Shown one piece after another: positions 27,135 through 37,762 of a stretch of DNA of 64,000 nt. How positions within the stretch are numbered: position 1 is the stretch's first letter; every line of letters begins with the position of its first letter. Both the position numbers and the translations under genes were made by a program. The stretch is from NCBI GenBank assembly GCA_963841435.1, contig CAWJCS010000006.1:1440001-1504000 (forward strand), written 5' to 3'. The notes under the pieces were generated by a model that had not been told where the DNA came from, did not search any database, and saw nothing but the letters and a program-made list of their open reading frames with translations. The DNA is from an uncultured delta proteobacterium. Its GTDB lineage: Bacteria > Myxococcota_A > Polyangia > Polyangiales > Polyangiaceae.

Positions 27135-29108
27135 ATGGACGACTTCGAAAAGGCGGTGCACACGATTCAATTTCTGTCGGCGGACGCCGTCGAGAAGGCG
27201 GGCGCGGGGCACCCCGGGACGCCGATGGCGCTCGCGGGCATCACCGTCAACATTTTCACGCGGTACCTCCGCTACGACCCGACCACGCCCGATTGGCCCA
27301 ACCGTGATCGTTTCGTGCTCTCCTGCGGGCACGCGTCGATGCTGCTCTACTCGGTGTTGCATCTCGCCGGGTACGACCTCCCACTCTCCGAGCTGCAGGC
27401 CTTCCGGCAATGGGGCTCGAAGACGCCGGGACACCCCGAGCACGGCCTAACGCCCGGCGTCGAAACCACGACGGGCCCGCTCGGACAGGGCGTCGGCAAC
27501 GCCGTCGGGTTCGCGCTCGCCAGCAAGCTGGCCGGCGCCAGGCTGAACCAGCCCGGTTCCGAGGTCTTCGACTATCGCGTGTTCGCTCTGGCTTCGGACG
27601 GCGACCTCATGGAGGGCGTTTCGGGCGAGGCCTCGAGCATCGCGGGCCACCTCGGGGTCAACAATCTCGTCGTCGTCTACGACGACAACAAGATCACGAT
27701 CGACGGCAGCACGGACCTCTCCTTCAGCGAGGACGTCGCGAAGCGTTACGAGGCCTACGGCTGGTCCGTCCAGCGCGTCGACGGACATGCGCCCGACCAG
27801 GTTAGAAAGGCCCTCGATGCGGCCGTCGCGCACCGCGGCTCGCCGTCGCTGATCCTCGCGCGCACGATCATCGGCATCGGAGCGCCCACGAAGGCCGGCA
27901 CGAGCAAGGCGCACGGTGCTCCGCTCGGCCGCGAGGAGATCGACGGCGCCAAGCGCGCTTGCGGCTGGCCGCTCGAGCAATTCTTCGTCGCACCGGAAGC
28001 TCGTGCGCTCTTCGCGAAGCGCGCCGCCGAAAATCGTCCGCTCCGCGAGGCGTGGGAGAAGCTCGCGCGTGGGCTCACGGGTGAGCGCGCCGCCCTGTAC
28101 CAGAAGCTCACGACGCGCGCGGTGCCCGACAACCTGTATGCGGAGCTGCTCGCGGTCGCCCGGACACTCAAGCCCGACGCCACGCGCAGCTCCGGCGCCG
28201 CCGTCGAGCAGAAGGCCGCGGCGCTCGTGCCCGCCCTCGTCGGCGGGGCCGCCGACCTCGCGGAGTCCACCAAAACGACCATCAAGGGCTCCCCCGACAT
28301 CAAGCGCGGCGAGTTCGCCGGCCGAAATTTCAATTTCGGCATCCGGGAGCACGGCATGGCAGCCATCCTGAATGGCCTCGCGCTCTCGGGCCTGTTCGTC
28401 CCGTTCGGCTCGAGCTTCCTCATCTTCACCGACTACTGCCGCCCGTCGATCCGCCTGTCCGCGCTGATGGAGCAGCAGGTCATTTACGTCTTCACGCACG
28501 ACTCCGTGTTCCTCGGCGAGGACGGCCCCACTCATCAGCCCGTCGAGCAGCTCGCCTCGCTACGGCTGATCCCGAACCTCGACGTGGTCCGCCCAGCGGA
28601 CGCGCTCGAGTGTGCCGCCGCGTGGACGTACGCACTCACGCGCCGGCACGGCCCCACGCTCATCGCGCTGAGCCGCCACAAGTTGCCCGCGCTCGAGCGC
28701 CCCGACGGCTTCGACACGGCGCGCATGCTCGACGGGGCGTACGTCCTTTCGGACGCCGACAAACCCGAGGTCGTCATGATCGCGACGGGGAGCGAGGTAT
28801 CGGCTGCCGTCGCCGCGAAGAAGCTGCTCGAAGAAAAGGGGCGGCGTGTGCGGATCGTGAGCGCGCCCTGCGTTCAGGCGTTCGAGCGCATGCCGCCCGA
28901 AAAGCGCGCGGCGATGCTGCCGTCGGGGCCACTGCTCGTTTCGGTGGAAGCCGGGCGAACCATGGGGTTTGCGGCGCTGACGGGGCCCTCGGGTCTGAAC
29001 ATCGGTGTCGATCGCTTTGGCGCTTCCGCCCCCTGGGAACGTCTGGCCGTCGAGTTCGGGCTCACGGGCGAAGCCATCGCGGCGCGCGTCCTGGAGCGTC
29101 TCACGTGA
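27135..29108 (+). CDS. tkt: Transketolase
   Basis: GHPGTPM, RDRFVLSCGH, TTGPLGQG, SDGDLMEG, FGIREH and THDSVFLGEDGPTHQP motifs. Confidence 0.97.
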   Translation: MDDFEKAVHTIQFLSADAVEKAGAGHPGTPMALAGITVNIFTRYLRYDPTTPDWPNRDRFVLSCGHASMLLYSVLHLAGYDLPLSELQAFRQWGSKTPGHPEHGLTPGVETTTGPLGQGVGNAVGFALASKLAGARLNQPGSEVFDYRVFALASDGDLMEGVSGEASSIAGHLGVNNLVVVYDDNKITIDGSTDLSFSEDVAKRYEAYGWSVQRVDGHAPDQVRKALDAAVAHRGSPSLILARTIIGIGAPTKAGTSKAHGAPLGREEIDGAKRACGWPLEQFFVAPEARALFAKRAAENRPLREAWEKLARGLTGERAALYQKLTTRAVPDNLYAELLAVARTLKPDATRSSGAAVEQKAAALVPALVGGAADLAESTKTTIKGSPDIKRGEFAGRNFNFGIREHGMAAILNGLALSGLFVPFGSSFLIFTDYCRPSIRLSALMEQQVIYVFTHDSVFLGEDGPTHQPVEQLASLRLIPNLDVVRPADALECAAAWTYALTRRHGPTLIALSRHKLPALERPDGFDTARMLDGAYVLSDADKPEVVMIATGSEVSAAVAAKKLLEEKGRRVRIVSAPCVQAFERMPPEKRAAMLPSGPLLVSVEAGRTMGFAALTGPSGLNIGVDRFGASAPWERLAVEFGLTGEAIAARVLERLT

Positions 29109-29464
29109 CACTGCCCGTCGTGCTCGTTCCTCACCCGCACGTGCGGGTCGAGCAGAGCGTGCTCGGCGGCAGCCCCTACGTCGTCGGCTCGCGCGTCCCC
29201 GTGCGCCGCCTGTTCAGCTTCTTCGAAAGTGGTGCCAGCGTGGAGCGCATTCTCAAGCGCTACCCGCAGCTCGGTGCAGCCAAGGTGCTCGACGCGCTCG
29301 CCTTTGCGCTCGACAATCCCGAGGTGATCGAGGCGGACGCGCGACGCGAGCACGAAATCCTCGCGCGTGCGGGTCACAAGCCCAAAAAGCAGGGCGACGG
29401 TTCTGCGCAGATCGAGCTGCCGTTCGCGTCACCCTCGCGCACGGGCCCGGCGAGCCGAGGCTGA
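29105..29464 (+). CDS. DUF433-domain protein
   Basis: LGGSPYVVGSRVPV...ILKRYPQL...VLDALAFA. The GTG overlaps the tkt stop. Confidence 0.82.
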   Translation: MTLPVVLVPHPHVRVEQSVLGGSPYVVGSRVPVRRLFSFFESGASVERILKRYPQLGAAKVLDALAFALDNPEVIEADARREHEILARAGHKPKKQGDGSAQIELPFASPSRTGPASRG

Positions 29465-29552
29465 TTTCGGCTGCCCGGCACCCGAAAAACCGGGCTCAAA
29501 GCGAGACGCCGGCTTTCAACTACTGGATTTAACTGACTTTTCATCGCTTCGA

Positions 29553-29581
29553 TTCACAAGTGCCGCTCTGCCGAGTAGGTT
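29553..29581 (+). promoter_or_regulatory. Putative sigma70 promoter of the Cys-rich lipoprotein gene
   Basis: TTCACA-N17-TAGGTT, preceded by an AT-rich tract (29515-29545). GGAGGA RBS at ~29622-29630. Confidence 0.5.
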
Positions 29582-29636
29582 GCCCCCTCAACCGAGCTGC
29601 CTAACCCAATTGGGGCGGCACGGAGGAGGATTCAAC

Positions 29637-30944
29637 ATGCGTCCCAATCGTGGTCAGAGAGTTGGTGGAGCCGTCATTGCAGCGATGCTTCTCGCGTCGC
29701 CGTTGTTGATGGACTGCGGCAAGAAAGGCGCCGGGGGAGGTCCCGCCATTCCGGGTGCCGACAACCTTCCGGGTGGCGGTGCGCTGCCAGGAGGTTGCCC
29801 CGCCAACATCGCTGACGCCGAGGCCGTTATGTCGGCAAACTTCGGCCTAGAAGGTGAGCTCGAAGGCAAGGTCAAGGCTGCGCTCTCGGCAGGCGCCACG
29901 CTGCAGGGCATCGCCGCGGATCTCGAGGCCGAGGTCGCGATGGCGTGCGGCAACCTGGCAAAGGATCTCGGCGCCACCGACGCCGACCTCGCTCCGAAGG
30001 AAGACGGCCCGGGCAAGAAGGCGGAAGCCGCTTGCATGGCTGCCTCGAAGTTCGTCGGCGATCTCAAGGCGAAGGCCAAGGGCAGCCTCAAGGTCGAGAT
30101 CAAGCCGCCGCGCTGTTCGGCATCCATGAACGCCATGGCCGAATGCGCTGGAAAGTGCGACGCAACCGTGAAACCCGGCTCCGCGAAGGTGGAGTGCGAG
30201 GGTGGCAAGATCAGCGGCGAGTGCTCCGGCAAGTGCGAGGGCGAGTGTGCCGTTCAGGCCGGCGCCAAGTGCGAGGGAAGCTGCAGCGGCAGCTGCACCG
30301 GTGAGTGCTCCGGTGACATCTCCGGCAAGTGTGACGGCACCTGCGAAGGCAAGTGCGACGGCAAGGACACCAAGGGCAAGTGCGCCGGCACCTGCGACGG
30401 TAAGTGCAAGGGCAAGGCCACCGCGAGCTGCAGCGGTACCTGCAAGGGCACCTGCAGTGCCAGCTGCACGGTCCAGGCCAAGGGCGAGTGCAAGGGCGAG
30501 TGCTCCGGCAAGTGCAACGTCGAGATGAAGGCGCCGAAGTGCAGCGGCGAGGTCAAGCCGCCGGAGATGAGCGCCGAGTGCAAGGCGAACTGCAACGCCG
30601 AGGTGAACGCGAAGCTCGAGTGCACCCCGGCTTCGGTCATGGCCAAGGTCGAAGGTTCGGCGGACGCTCAGGCGGCTGCCAAGCTCAAGGCCGCACTCAC
30701 CAAGGACCTGCCCGCCATCCTCAAGGTCTCGATGGGCATGAAGGGCAAGCTCGAGGGCGTGGTCGGCAGCGTGAAGGCCGGCCTCGAGGGCGGCAAAGCA
30801 GCGATCACCTCGGGTGGTGACGCGGCGCTCAAGGTCGGCGCCTGCTTCGCCGCGTCGATTGACGCCCAGGCGAAGGCGGCGGTTTCGATCGACGTGTCGG
30901 TGAAGGCGAGCGCTTCGGCGAGCGCCTCCGCCAGCGCCGGCTGA
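29637..30944 (+). CDS. Cysteine-rich lipoprotein with (CxGx)n core flanked by Ala/Lys-rich helical regions
   Basis: Strong RBS, signal peptide ending LLMD-C, 28 Cys in the core at 30114-30623, and its own terminator. Confidence 0.88.
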   Translation: MRPNRGQRVGGAVIAAMLLASPLLMDCGKKGAGGGPAIPGADNLPGGGALPGGCPANIADAEAVMSANFGLEGELEGKVKAALSAGATLQGIAADLEAEVAMACGNLAKDLGATDADLAPKEDGPGKKAEAACMAASKFVGDLKAKAKGSLKVEIKPPRCSASMNAMAECAGKCDATVKPGSAKVECEGGKISGECSGKCEGECAVQAGAKCEGSCSGSCTGECSGDISGKCDGTCEGKCDGKDTKGKCAGTCDGKCKGKATASCSGTCKGTCSASCTVQAKGECKGECSGKCNVEMKAPKCSGEVKPPEMSAECKANCNAEVNAKLECTPASVMAKVEGSADAQAAAKLKAALTKDLPAILKVSMGMKGKLEGVVGSVKAGLEGGKAAITSGGDAALKVGACFAASIDAQAKAAVSIDVSVKASASASASASAG

Positions 30945-30960
30945 GCCCCACAGCGGTCGT

Positions 30961-31006
30961 ACGGCCCGTTTCGGCGCTCGGCGCCGGAGCGGGCCGTCGG
31001 CTTTTT
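30961..31006 (+). terminator. Rho-independent terminator
   Basis: 17-bp stem (with G-U pairs) acggcccgtttcggcgc-tcg-gcgccggagcgggccgt followed by cggcttttt, between convergent genes. Confidence 0.75.
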
Positions 31007-31026
31007 GTGCTCCCCGGGCGGAGGCT

Positions 31027-32397
31027 TCAGCCCGCCACGGAAGCCACGTCGCGGCGGGCGGCCTCGGCCATTTCCTCGACCATCGCTTTGAGCACATCGG
31101 GGTCGGGGCCTTCGAGCATCAGGCGGAGCTTGGGCTCCGTGCCGCTCCAGCGCACGAGCACGCGTCCACCGTCGCCGAGCTTGGCCTCGGCGTCGGCGAT
31201 GCGACGCGTGAGCTCCGCCATCTCCGCGAGGGGGCGGCGCGCCGCGAGCTTCACGCTCTCGAGCACCTGCGGCACGCGCTCCATCGAGCGCGCGAGCTCG
31301 CTGAGCGGGCGCGCCTCACGAAGCATGATGGCGAGCACCTGCAGCGCCGCGACGATGCCGTCGCCCGTGGTGGCGTGCTCGGCGAACACCAGATGCCCCG
31401 ACTGTTCGCCGCCGAACGTGAGGCCGTCACGGCGCATTTCTTCGACGACGTAGCGATCCCCGACGGCCGTCCGCCGTAGCTTCGCTCCCGCCGCTGCGAG
31501 CGCCCGCTCGAGCCCCATGTTGCTCATTACGGTTGCGACGACGACGCCCTTCGCGAGTCGCCCGGCGCGCTGCATGCGCGTGCCGCAGAGCGCCATGACG
31601 GCATCTCCGTCGACGATTTCGCCCCGCTCGTCCACGAAGATCACGCGGTCGGCGTCGCCGTCGAGAGCCACGCCGAGGTGGGCTTTGCGCTTCTTCACTT
31701 CGCCTGCCACGTGCGCCGGATGGAGCGCGCCGCACGCGCGATTGATGTTGAGCCCGTTCGGCCGGCAGCCGATCGCCGTGACCTCCGCACCGAGCTCGGC
31801 GAGCACGGCAGGCGCGACACGGTAGGCGGCGCCGTGCGCCGCATCCACGACGATGTTGAGGCCGTGCAGCGTGAGCTCGCGCGGGAAGGTGCCCTTGGCG
31901 TAAACGACATAGCGCCCGAAGGCGTCGTCGAGCCGCTCGGCGCGTCCGACGCCGCTGCCGCTCGAGCCGAGCCCCACGAGCTTGGGATCGGACATCAACG
32001 CTTCGATGGCGGCTTCCTCCTCGTCGGGGAGCTTGAAGCCGTCCGGTCCGAACAGCTTGATGCCGTTGTCGGCGAAGGGGTTGTGGCTCGCGCTGATGAC
32101 GACGCCGGCGTCGGCACGCATGCTCTGGGTGAGGTGGGCCACGGCGGGCGTCGGGATCGGGCCCGTGAGCATGACGCGGCCGCCCATGGCGCAGATGCCA
32201 GCTGCGATCGCCGTCTCGAGCATGTAGCCGCTGAGGCGCGTGTCCTTGCCGATGACGATGCGTGGAATGTGCGAGCGCCCGCGCCGGGCCACGTACCCGA
32301 TGGCTCGGCCGAGCCTGAGCGCCAGCTCCGGGGTCATCGGCTCCGCGCCCGCCCGACCCCGGATGCCGTCCGTCCCGAAAAGCTGCCGTTCGGCCAT
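31027..32397 (-). CDS. glmM: Phosphoglucosamine mutase
   Basis: FGTDGIRG, GKDTRLSGYM, SASHNP, DGDADR, VGDRYV and GGEQSGH motifs. Confidence 0.96.
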   Translation of the reverse strand: MAERQLFGTDGIRGRAGAEPMTPELALRLGRAIGYVARRGRSHIPRIVIGKDTRLSGYMLETAIAAGICAMGGRVMLTGPIPTPAVAHLTQSMRADAGVVISASHNPFADNGIKLFGPDGFKLPDEEEAAIEALMSDPKLVGLGSSGSGVGRAERLDDAFGRYVVYAKGTFPRELTLHGLNIVVDAAHGAAYRVAPAVLAELGAEVTAIGCRPNGLNINRACGALHPAHVAGEVKKRKAHLGVALDGDADRVIFVDERGEIVDGDAVMALCGTRMQRAGRLAKGVVVATVMSNMGLERALAAAGAKLRRTAVGDRYVVEEMRRDGLTFGGEQSGHLVFAEHATTGDGIVAALQVLAIMLREARPLSELARSMERVPQVLESVKLAARRPLAEMAELTRRIADAEAKLGDGGRVLVRWSGTEPKLRLMLEGPDPDVLKAMVEEMAEAARRDVASVAG

Positions 32398-32399
32398 CG

Positions 32400-33629
32400 T
32401 CAGAGGGGAACTGCTGGATCGCCGGGCAGGTTGAGCAACAGCGCTCGCGCGGCGCCCACGAGGAAGATCGACCCTGTGACCACCACGACGCCGCGCGGCC
32501 CGACGAGCGTCCGGGCTCGCTCGAGGGCGGCGCCCACGTCGGGTACGACCTCACCGCTCAGAAAACTCGCCATCTGTTGCGGATCGGCAGCGCGTGCGAC
32601 GGGCGGCGCGACGTAAACACGATGGCCGGCGACGTGCTCGAGTCGGCGCAGCATGGAGCGCCAGTTCTTGGTGGACAGCGCGCCGAAGACGAGCGCGATC
32701 TCGCGCCGTGATTCGATTTCCCCGAGCACGCTCGGGTCCAGGGAATGAGACAGCGCGACCGCGCCGTCCGGATTGTGCGCGCAGTCGAGCAGCGTGAGCT
32801 CCTGGCCGTTGCGATGCAAAAGCTCGTTTCGCCCGGGCCACTGGGTTTGCTCGATGCCGTGCGCGAGCTCCTCCGACGAAATGCCGAGCTCGCGTCCGAT
32901 CGTAACGGCAACGGCGAGGTTCGACCCGACGAGCGCCGTGCGGGGGTAGGCGAGGGGGGCACCGGGCACCGGTTCGGGCGGCCCGAGCGGCACGAGGCGC
33001 GCGCCGACCTCCTTTACGCGCGCTTCGACGACGGCGCGCGCCTCGGGGTGGAGCTTGCCCTGCACGACGGCGGAGCCCGGCTTGATGATCGCGGCCTTTT
33101 CGGCGGCGATCTTGCCGAGCGTGTCGCCAAGATCGACCATGTGATCGTAGGCGATGCGGGTCACCGCGGCCACGCGCGGAGGCGGGATGACGTTGGTCGC
33201 GTCCAAGCGCCCGCCGAGGCCGACCTCGATCACGCCGAGATCGACCTTGGCCTCGCGAAAGGCCACGAAGGCCGTGAGCGTCGCTACCTCGAAGAAAGTA
33301 AGCTCGGGCGCCGCGTCCAGCACCTGCACGAGTAGCCGCGCGAGATTGGCGTCGTCGATCGGCGCGCCGTCAATCTGGATGCGCTCGGCGAACTTCACGA
33401 GGTGCGGCGAGGTGTAGAGCCCGACGCGCCGCCCCGCTGCCTTGCCCATCGAGGCCGTAAACGCGGCGACGGTGCCCTTGCCGTTCGTCCCCGCGACGTG
33501 CACGGCCTCGAACGTCGCCTCCGGATTGCCGAAGCGCTGGCAAGCGGCCTGCATGCGCTCGAGCCCGAGCTTTTGACCCTGCGGGATGAGCTGGTAGAGC
33601 CGGCCCAGCGCCGTGGCGAGATCGCTCAT
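32400..33629 (-). CDS. folC: Folylpolyglutamate/dihydrofolate synthase
   Basis: HVAGTNGKG, YTSPHL..F.ERI, EVGLGGRLDATN, WPGR and DCAHNP motifs. Confidence 0.95.
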   Translation of the reverse strand: MSDLATALGRLYQLIPQGQKLGLERMQAACQRFGNPEATFEAVHVAGTNGKGTVAAFTASMGKAAGRRVGLYTSPHLVKFAERIQIDGAPIDDANLARLLVQVLDAAPELTFFEVATLTAFVAFREAKVDLGVIEVGLGGRLDATNVIPPPRVAAVTRIAYDHMVDLGDTLGKIAAEKAAIIKPGSAVVQGKLHPEARAVVEARVKEVGARLVPLGPPEPVPGAPLAYPRTALVGSNLAVAVTIGRELGISSEELAHGIEQTQWPGRNELLHRNGQELTLLDCAHNPDGAVALSHSLDPSVLGEIESRREIALVFGALSTKNWRSMLRRLEHVAGHRVYVAPPVARAADPQQMASFLSGEVVPDVGAALERARTLVGPRGVVVVTGSIFLVGAARALLLNLPGDPAVPL

Positions 33630-34474
33630 CGCGTCCGACCCCCGAGGTGGCCGAGCAGGACGCCGAGTGTCGATTTCAGCGCGGTGCGCTGCACGATGGA
33701 GTCGACCATGCCGTGGGAGACGAGGAAGTCGGAGCTCTGGAAGCCTTCCGGAAGCGTCGTGCGCAGCGTGCTCTCGATCACGCGCGGCCCGGCGAAGCCG
33801 ATGAGCGCGTTCGGCTCCGCGATGTTCACGTCGCCGAGCAGCGCCGTGCTGGCGGCGACGCCGCCCGTGGTCGGGTGGAGCAACACGCTCAGGTAGGGCT
33901 TTCGCGTGGAACGAAAACGCGACAGCGCGGCGACCGTCTTGGCCATCTGCATGAGGCTCAGAATGCCTTCCTGCATGCGCGCGCCCCCCGAGGAGTGCAA
34001 GAGCACGACCGGTAGCCGCGAGAGGCTCGCGCGCTCGAACAGGCGCGTGATTCGCTCCCCGACGACCGAGCCCATGCTGCCGCCCATGAAACCGAAGGCG
34101 AAGCAGCCGAAGGCCACGGGATGACTTTCGATCCTGCCCTGGCCGGTCTGAACCGCTTCGGTGAGGCCCGTGCTGCGCCGAGCACGCTCGAGGCGCTCGG
34201 GGTATGGCTTTCCGTCGTCGAACTTCAGGGGGTCCTCGGGAGCGATGTGGTCGTCCCAGACCTCGAGCGCTTCGTCATCGAGGAGTAGCCGGACCCACTC
34301 GCCGACCGACATCGGGTGATGGTGGCCGCACGCGCTGCAGACGTGCCAATCCGCGGCCATCTCCTCCACGGTGGAGACGGCGCCGCAGCCGACGCACTTG
34401 CGAAAAAGCCCACGACCGACCGAGCGCTTCTCGGCGTTGGTCGACTGAGCCGGGGTTCTTTCTGGGAGAGCCAC
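33626..34474 (-). CDS. accD: Acetyl-CoA carboxylase carboxyltransferase beta subunit
   Basis: CxxC...CxxC zinc finger, FMGGSMGSVVGE, SGGARMQEG, PTTGGV and FAGPRVIE motifs. Confidence 0.95.
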   Translation of the reverse strand: MALPERTPAQSTNAEKRSVGRGLFRKCVGCGAVSTVEEMAADWHVCSACGHHHPMSVGEWVRLLLDDEALEVWDDHIAPEDPLKFDDGKPYPERLERARRSTGLTEAVQTGQGRIESHPVAFGCFAFGFMGGSMGSVVGERITRLFERASLSRLPVVLLHSSGGARMQEGILSLMQMAKTVAALSRFRSTRKPYLSVLLHPTTGGVAASTALLGDVNIAEPNALIGFAGPRVIESTLRTTLPEGFQSSDFLVSHGMVDSIVQRTALKSTLGVLLGHLGGRTR

Positions 34475-34624
34475 GCGTGAACGGAAAGTCTAGACCAAAC
34501 CAGGGGCATTTCGAACGCCCCGGGGACTGGTTTTCTGGGCTCGGTGCCCGGGGTGGGGCGCCCGGAGCCCACGGCTCGACGCCCGAGGGCGCCTTCTCAT
34601 CACGGCACCCTTTTCGTAGCACGG

Positions 34625-37300
34625 ATGTCCCCCTTGAGGGGGACGAGGATTGGGGGGACACTCCCGCCCGCGTTGAGCGAAGAACCCCCTCCAAGCTCGG
34701 CCGCAGAGCTCGGCCGTGCGCCCGTGATCGGCCGGGACGGCGAGCTCGCGCTCCTCAAGCAAATCTACGATTCGGTGCTTGCCCGCGGGGAAGCACGGGT
34801 GGCGACCTTGGTTGGCCCGGCCGGGATCGGCAAGACCCGGCTCGCGGAGGAGCTCGTGCGCGTGCTGCCGGAGAGCCGAACGCCCAGAGTCTACCGCGGT
34901 GCGGCTCGGGTCCAAGGGCTCACTTACGGGCTCTTCGACAGTTTGTTGCGCTCGCGCTTTGCGCTCGGCGAGGGGCAGAGCTCGGGACCGAGCGTCGATG
35001 CCGTGCGGGACAAGCTCGCGGCGGTCCACGACGACCGGCGGGTTGGGGACGTCGCGTATTTCCTCGGTGGCCTCATGGGGATCCCTTTCCCCGAGAGCCC
35101 GTTCACGCGCGCCGTCACCGACGACGCGGTTCAGGCCCGCCTCATCCGCCGCGCGGTGCTGCGAAGCTTCTTCGAGGCGGACGCTGCGCGCGGACCGCTG
35201 TGTCTGGTCGTCGACAACCTCGGCGACGCCGACGAAGATTCGCTCGACCTTCTCGTTTACCTGCTCGAGGAGACGAAGGGGCCAATCCTCTTTTTGTGCC
35301 TCGCACGTCCGGAGCTCTTGAGCCGGCACGAACGCTGGTCTCAGGCTGCGGGGTCGCGACACGACCTCGTGGAGCTCTCCCCGGTACCGAGCGCCGACGC
35401 CCGGGCCATCATGCAAGCCTTGCTGGCACCGTGCGAGGGCGGCCCGCCCGAGCGGTTGCTCGAGGCCGGGCTCGGCATGGCGGGTGGCAACCCCGGCCTG
35501 CTAAAGCACATGGTGCGGATCTTCCACGACTCCGGCGTGCTCCACGACGCCGGGGAGAAAGCCGGGCGGCCCGTCTGGCGGGTCGATCTCGATCGGCTGG
35601 CGCAGGCCCGGCTCCCACTGACGGTGGAGGATGCGGTGGCGGCGCGCCTCGCCGTGCTCTCGCCCGTGGAGCGGCGACTGCTCGAGCATGCTGCAGCCAT
35701 GGGCAGCGTGTTCTGGCTCGGCGGCCTCGTGGCGCTCGCGCGCATGGATCGCGAGCCGCCCGACTTCTGGAACCTCGGTGCCGAAAGTGACGTTGCTGAC
35801 ATCGAGCGCCTGCTCGCCGAGCTCGTGCAGCGCGACTACGTGCTCAGGCTGCCGGATTCGGCGTTCCCCGGCGAGGTCGAATACGTCTTCAAGCACAACC
35901 TCGAGCGCGAACGCATCGCCCAGCTGATTTCCCCCGCTGCGAGCCGCAGGCGACACCAGACCATCGCCGACTGGCTCGCGCAGAAGGACAACGTGCGAAG
36001 CCAGGAGGAGTACTCGGCGATGCTGGCGCGCCACCTCGAGCTCGCGGGCTGCCTCACCCGAGCCGCGTTCACGTACATCGATTCGGGTACCATCGCGCGC
36101 GCTCAATACGCCGCCAAGCGCGCCAACGAGCACTACCGGCGCGGCCTCGAGCTGCTCGGCGAGGACGACGCCCGCCGCCGGCTCGACGCGCTGCACGATC
36201 ACGGCGACGTGATGACGCTGCTCGGCCGCACCGACGAAGCGCTCTCGGCGTTCCGCGAGATGCTGGCGCTCGCCTACCGCTTGGGCCTCAAGGGCAAGGG
36301 CGGCGCGGCCCACAACCGCATCGGCCGCCTGCACCGAGACACGGGGTCCTTGTCACTCGCGAGCGATCACCTCGAGCGCGGGCTCGAGCTTTTCGCGGCA
36401 GTCGGCGACCAGCGCGGCATCGCCGCGAGCCACGACGACATCGGGAAGCTGCTCTGGATGCGGGGCGAATACGAGCCCGCGCTCGACCAGCTGCGCACGG
36501 CGCTCGACATGCGAAAAGCGCTCGGCGACGGTCGTTCGATCGCGCTCAGCCTCAACAACATCGGCCTCGTGTGGCGCGATCACGGCCAGCAAGCGCAGGC
36601 GCGCGAGGCGCTCGAGGCGTCGCTCGCCATTCGCCGCGAGCTCAACGACCTCTTGGGGGTCGTGGCGAGCCTCAACGATCTCGGCGATCTGGCGCTCGAC
36701 CAGGGCAACTCCGAAGCCGCGCTCGCCCTGTTTCGCGAGGCGCACACCGTCGCGCACGAGGTCGGCGAGCACAATCGCATGGCGGCCGTCCTCACCAACA
36801 TCGGCGATGCCCTTTTGCGCCTGCACCGGACCGAAGAAGCGATCGTCGTGCTCACGGAGGCGGAGGGTCTGTGCGACGAAACGGGCGACAAACTGCACCT
36901 CGCCGAAGCCAAGCGAGGCCTCGCCAAGGCCTACCTCGCGCAGAAGGACCTCAAGCGCGCGCGCGACTCGATCAAACGCGCGGTCGACCTGCTCGGGCAA
37001 GTGCGTAGCAAGCCGCACCTCGCCGTGGCCCTGCGCACGCTCGGCGAGGTCACGGGTGCGGGCGCGTGGGGCGACGGGCACGAGGTGAAGGCCGTGGACT
37101 ACTTCATGCGCTCGATCGCGATCTGCAAGGAGATCGGCAACGAGCTCGAAGTGGCGAAGAGCTACCGCGCGTTTTCGAGCTACGTCTTCGGCTCGGCTCA
37201 CTACAAGCACAACGCCGACATCCAACGCGAGGCGAAGAAGCTCGAGTCGATGGCCGACGAGATCTTCCAGCGCCACAAAATCGTCGGGTCACGGCCGTGA
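34625..37300 (+). CDS. AAA_16/STAND-like ATPase with C-terminal TPR array
   Basis: IGRDGEL, Walker A GPAGIGKT, Walker B LVVDNL, GGNPG, YVFKH and TPRs (SLNNIG, LTNIG). Start uncertain. Confidence 0.85.
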   Translation: MSPLRGTRIGGTLPPALSEEPPPSSAAELGRAPVIGRDGELALLKQIYDSVLARGEARVATLVGPAGIGKTRLAEELVRVLPESRTPRVYRGAARVQGLTYGLFDSLLRSRFALGEGQSSGPSVDAVRDKLAAVHDDRRVGDVAYFLGGLMGIPFPESPFTRAVTDDAVQARLIRRAVLRSFFEADAARGPLCLVVDNLGDADEDSLDLLVYLLEETKGPILFLCLARPELLSRHERWSQAAGSRHDLVELSPVPSADARAIMQALLAPCEGGPPERLLEAGLGMAGGNPGLLKHMVRIFHDSGVLHDAGEKAGRPVWRVDLDRLAQARLPLTVEDAVAARLAVLSPVERRLLEHAAAMGSVFWLGGLVALARMDREPPDFWNLGAESDVADIERLLAELVQRDYVLRLPDSAFPGEVEYVFKHNLERERIAQLISPAASRRRHQTIADWLAQKDNVRSQEEYSAMLARHLELAGCLTRAAFTYIDSGTIARAQYAAKRANEHYRRGLELLGEDDARRRLDALHDHGDVMTLLGRTDEALSAFREMLALAYRLGLKGKGGAAHNRIGRLHRDTGSLSLASDHLERGLELFAAVGDQRGIAASHDDIGKLLWMRGEYEPALDQLRTALDMRKALGDGRSIALSLNNIGLVWRDHGQQAQAREALEASLAIRRELNDLLGVVASLNDLGDLALDQGNSEAALALFREAHTVAHEVGEHNRMAAVLTNIGDALLRLHRTEEAIVVLTEAEGLCDETGDKLHLAEAKRGLAKAYLAQKDLKRARDSIKRAVDLLGQVRSKPHLAVALRTLGEVTGAGAWGDGHEVKAVDYFMRSIAICKEIGNELEVAKSYRAFSSYVFGSAHYKHNADIQREAKKLESMADEIFQRHKIVGSRP

Positions 37301-37746
37301 GCGAGCCTGTCCGGCTACGCGTCCAGCGGGTCGGCCCCGTCGCCGTGCCGCTCCCCGAGTACCAGACCGCGGGCTCGGCAGGCATGGATCTCCGTGCGGC
37401 CGTCGAAGCCTCCGTCACCCTCTCACCCGGCGAGCGTCGGCTGATCCCGACTGGCCTCGCGCTCGAGATCCCCGTCGGCTTCGAAGGCCAGGTGAGGCCC
37501 CGGTCGGGGCTGGCTCTGCGGCACGGCATCGGCATGGTGAACGCCCCGGGCACGATCGACAGCGACTATCGCGGGCCCGTCGGGGTCCTGCTCGTGAACC
37601 TCGGGGAGGAGCCGTTCGTCGTCGAGCCGCTCGCTCGAATCGCGCAGCTCGTCGTCGCGCGCGTCGAGCGCGCCGAGCTCGAGGTCGCTACCGATCTCGC
37701 CGGGACCGTGCGGGGCGGGGGAGGCTTCGGCTCGACGGGAAGCTAG
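37297..37746 (+). CDS. dut: dUTP diphosphatase
   Basis: [26 protein letters not shown] and [10 protein letters not shown] motifs. Confidence 0.96.
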   Translation: MSEPVRLRVQRVGPVAVPLPEYQTAGSAGMDLRAAVEASVTLSPGERRLIPTGLALEIPVGFEGQVRPRSGLALRHGIGMVNAPGTIDSDYRGPVGVLLVNLGEEPFVVEPLARIAQLVVARVERAELEVATDLAGTVRGGGGFGSTGS

Positions 37747-37762
37747 CTGGTTCTCCCGGTCG

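Noticed and set aside
30200-30560. Repetitive DNA as a CRISPR array or satellite
   Set aside because: The repeats are degenerate codon-level copies of CxGx units within an ORF, with no constant repeat-spacer structure.
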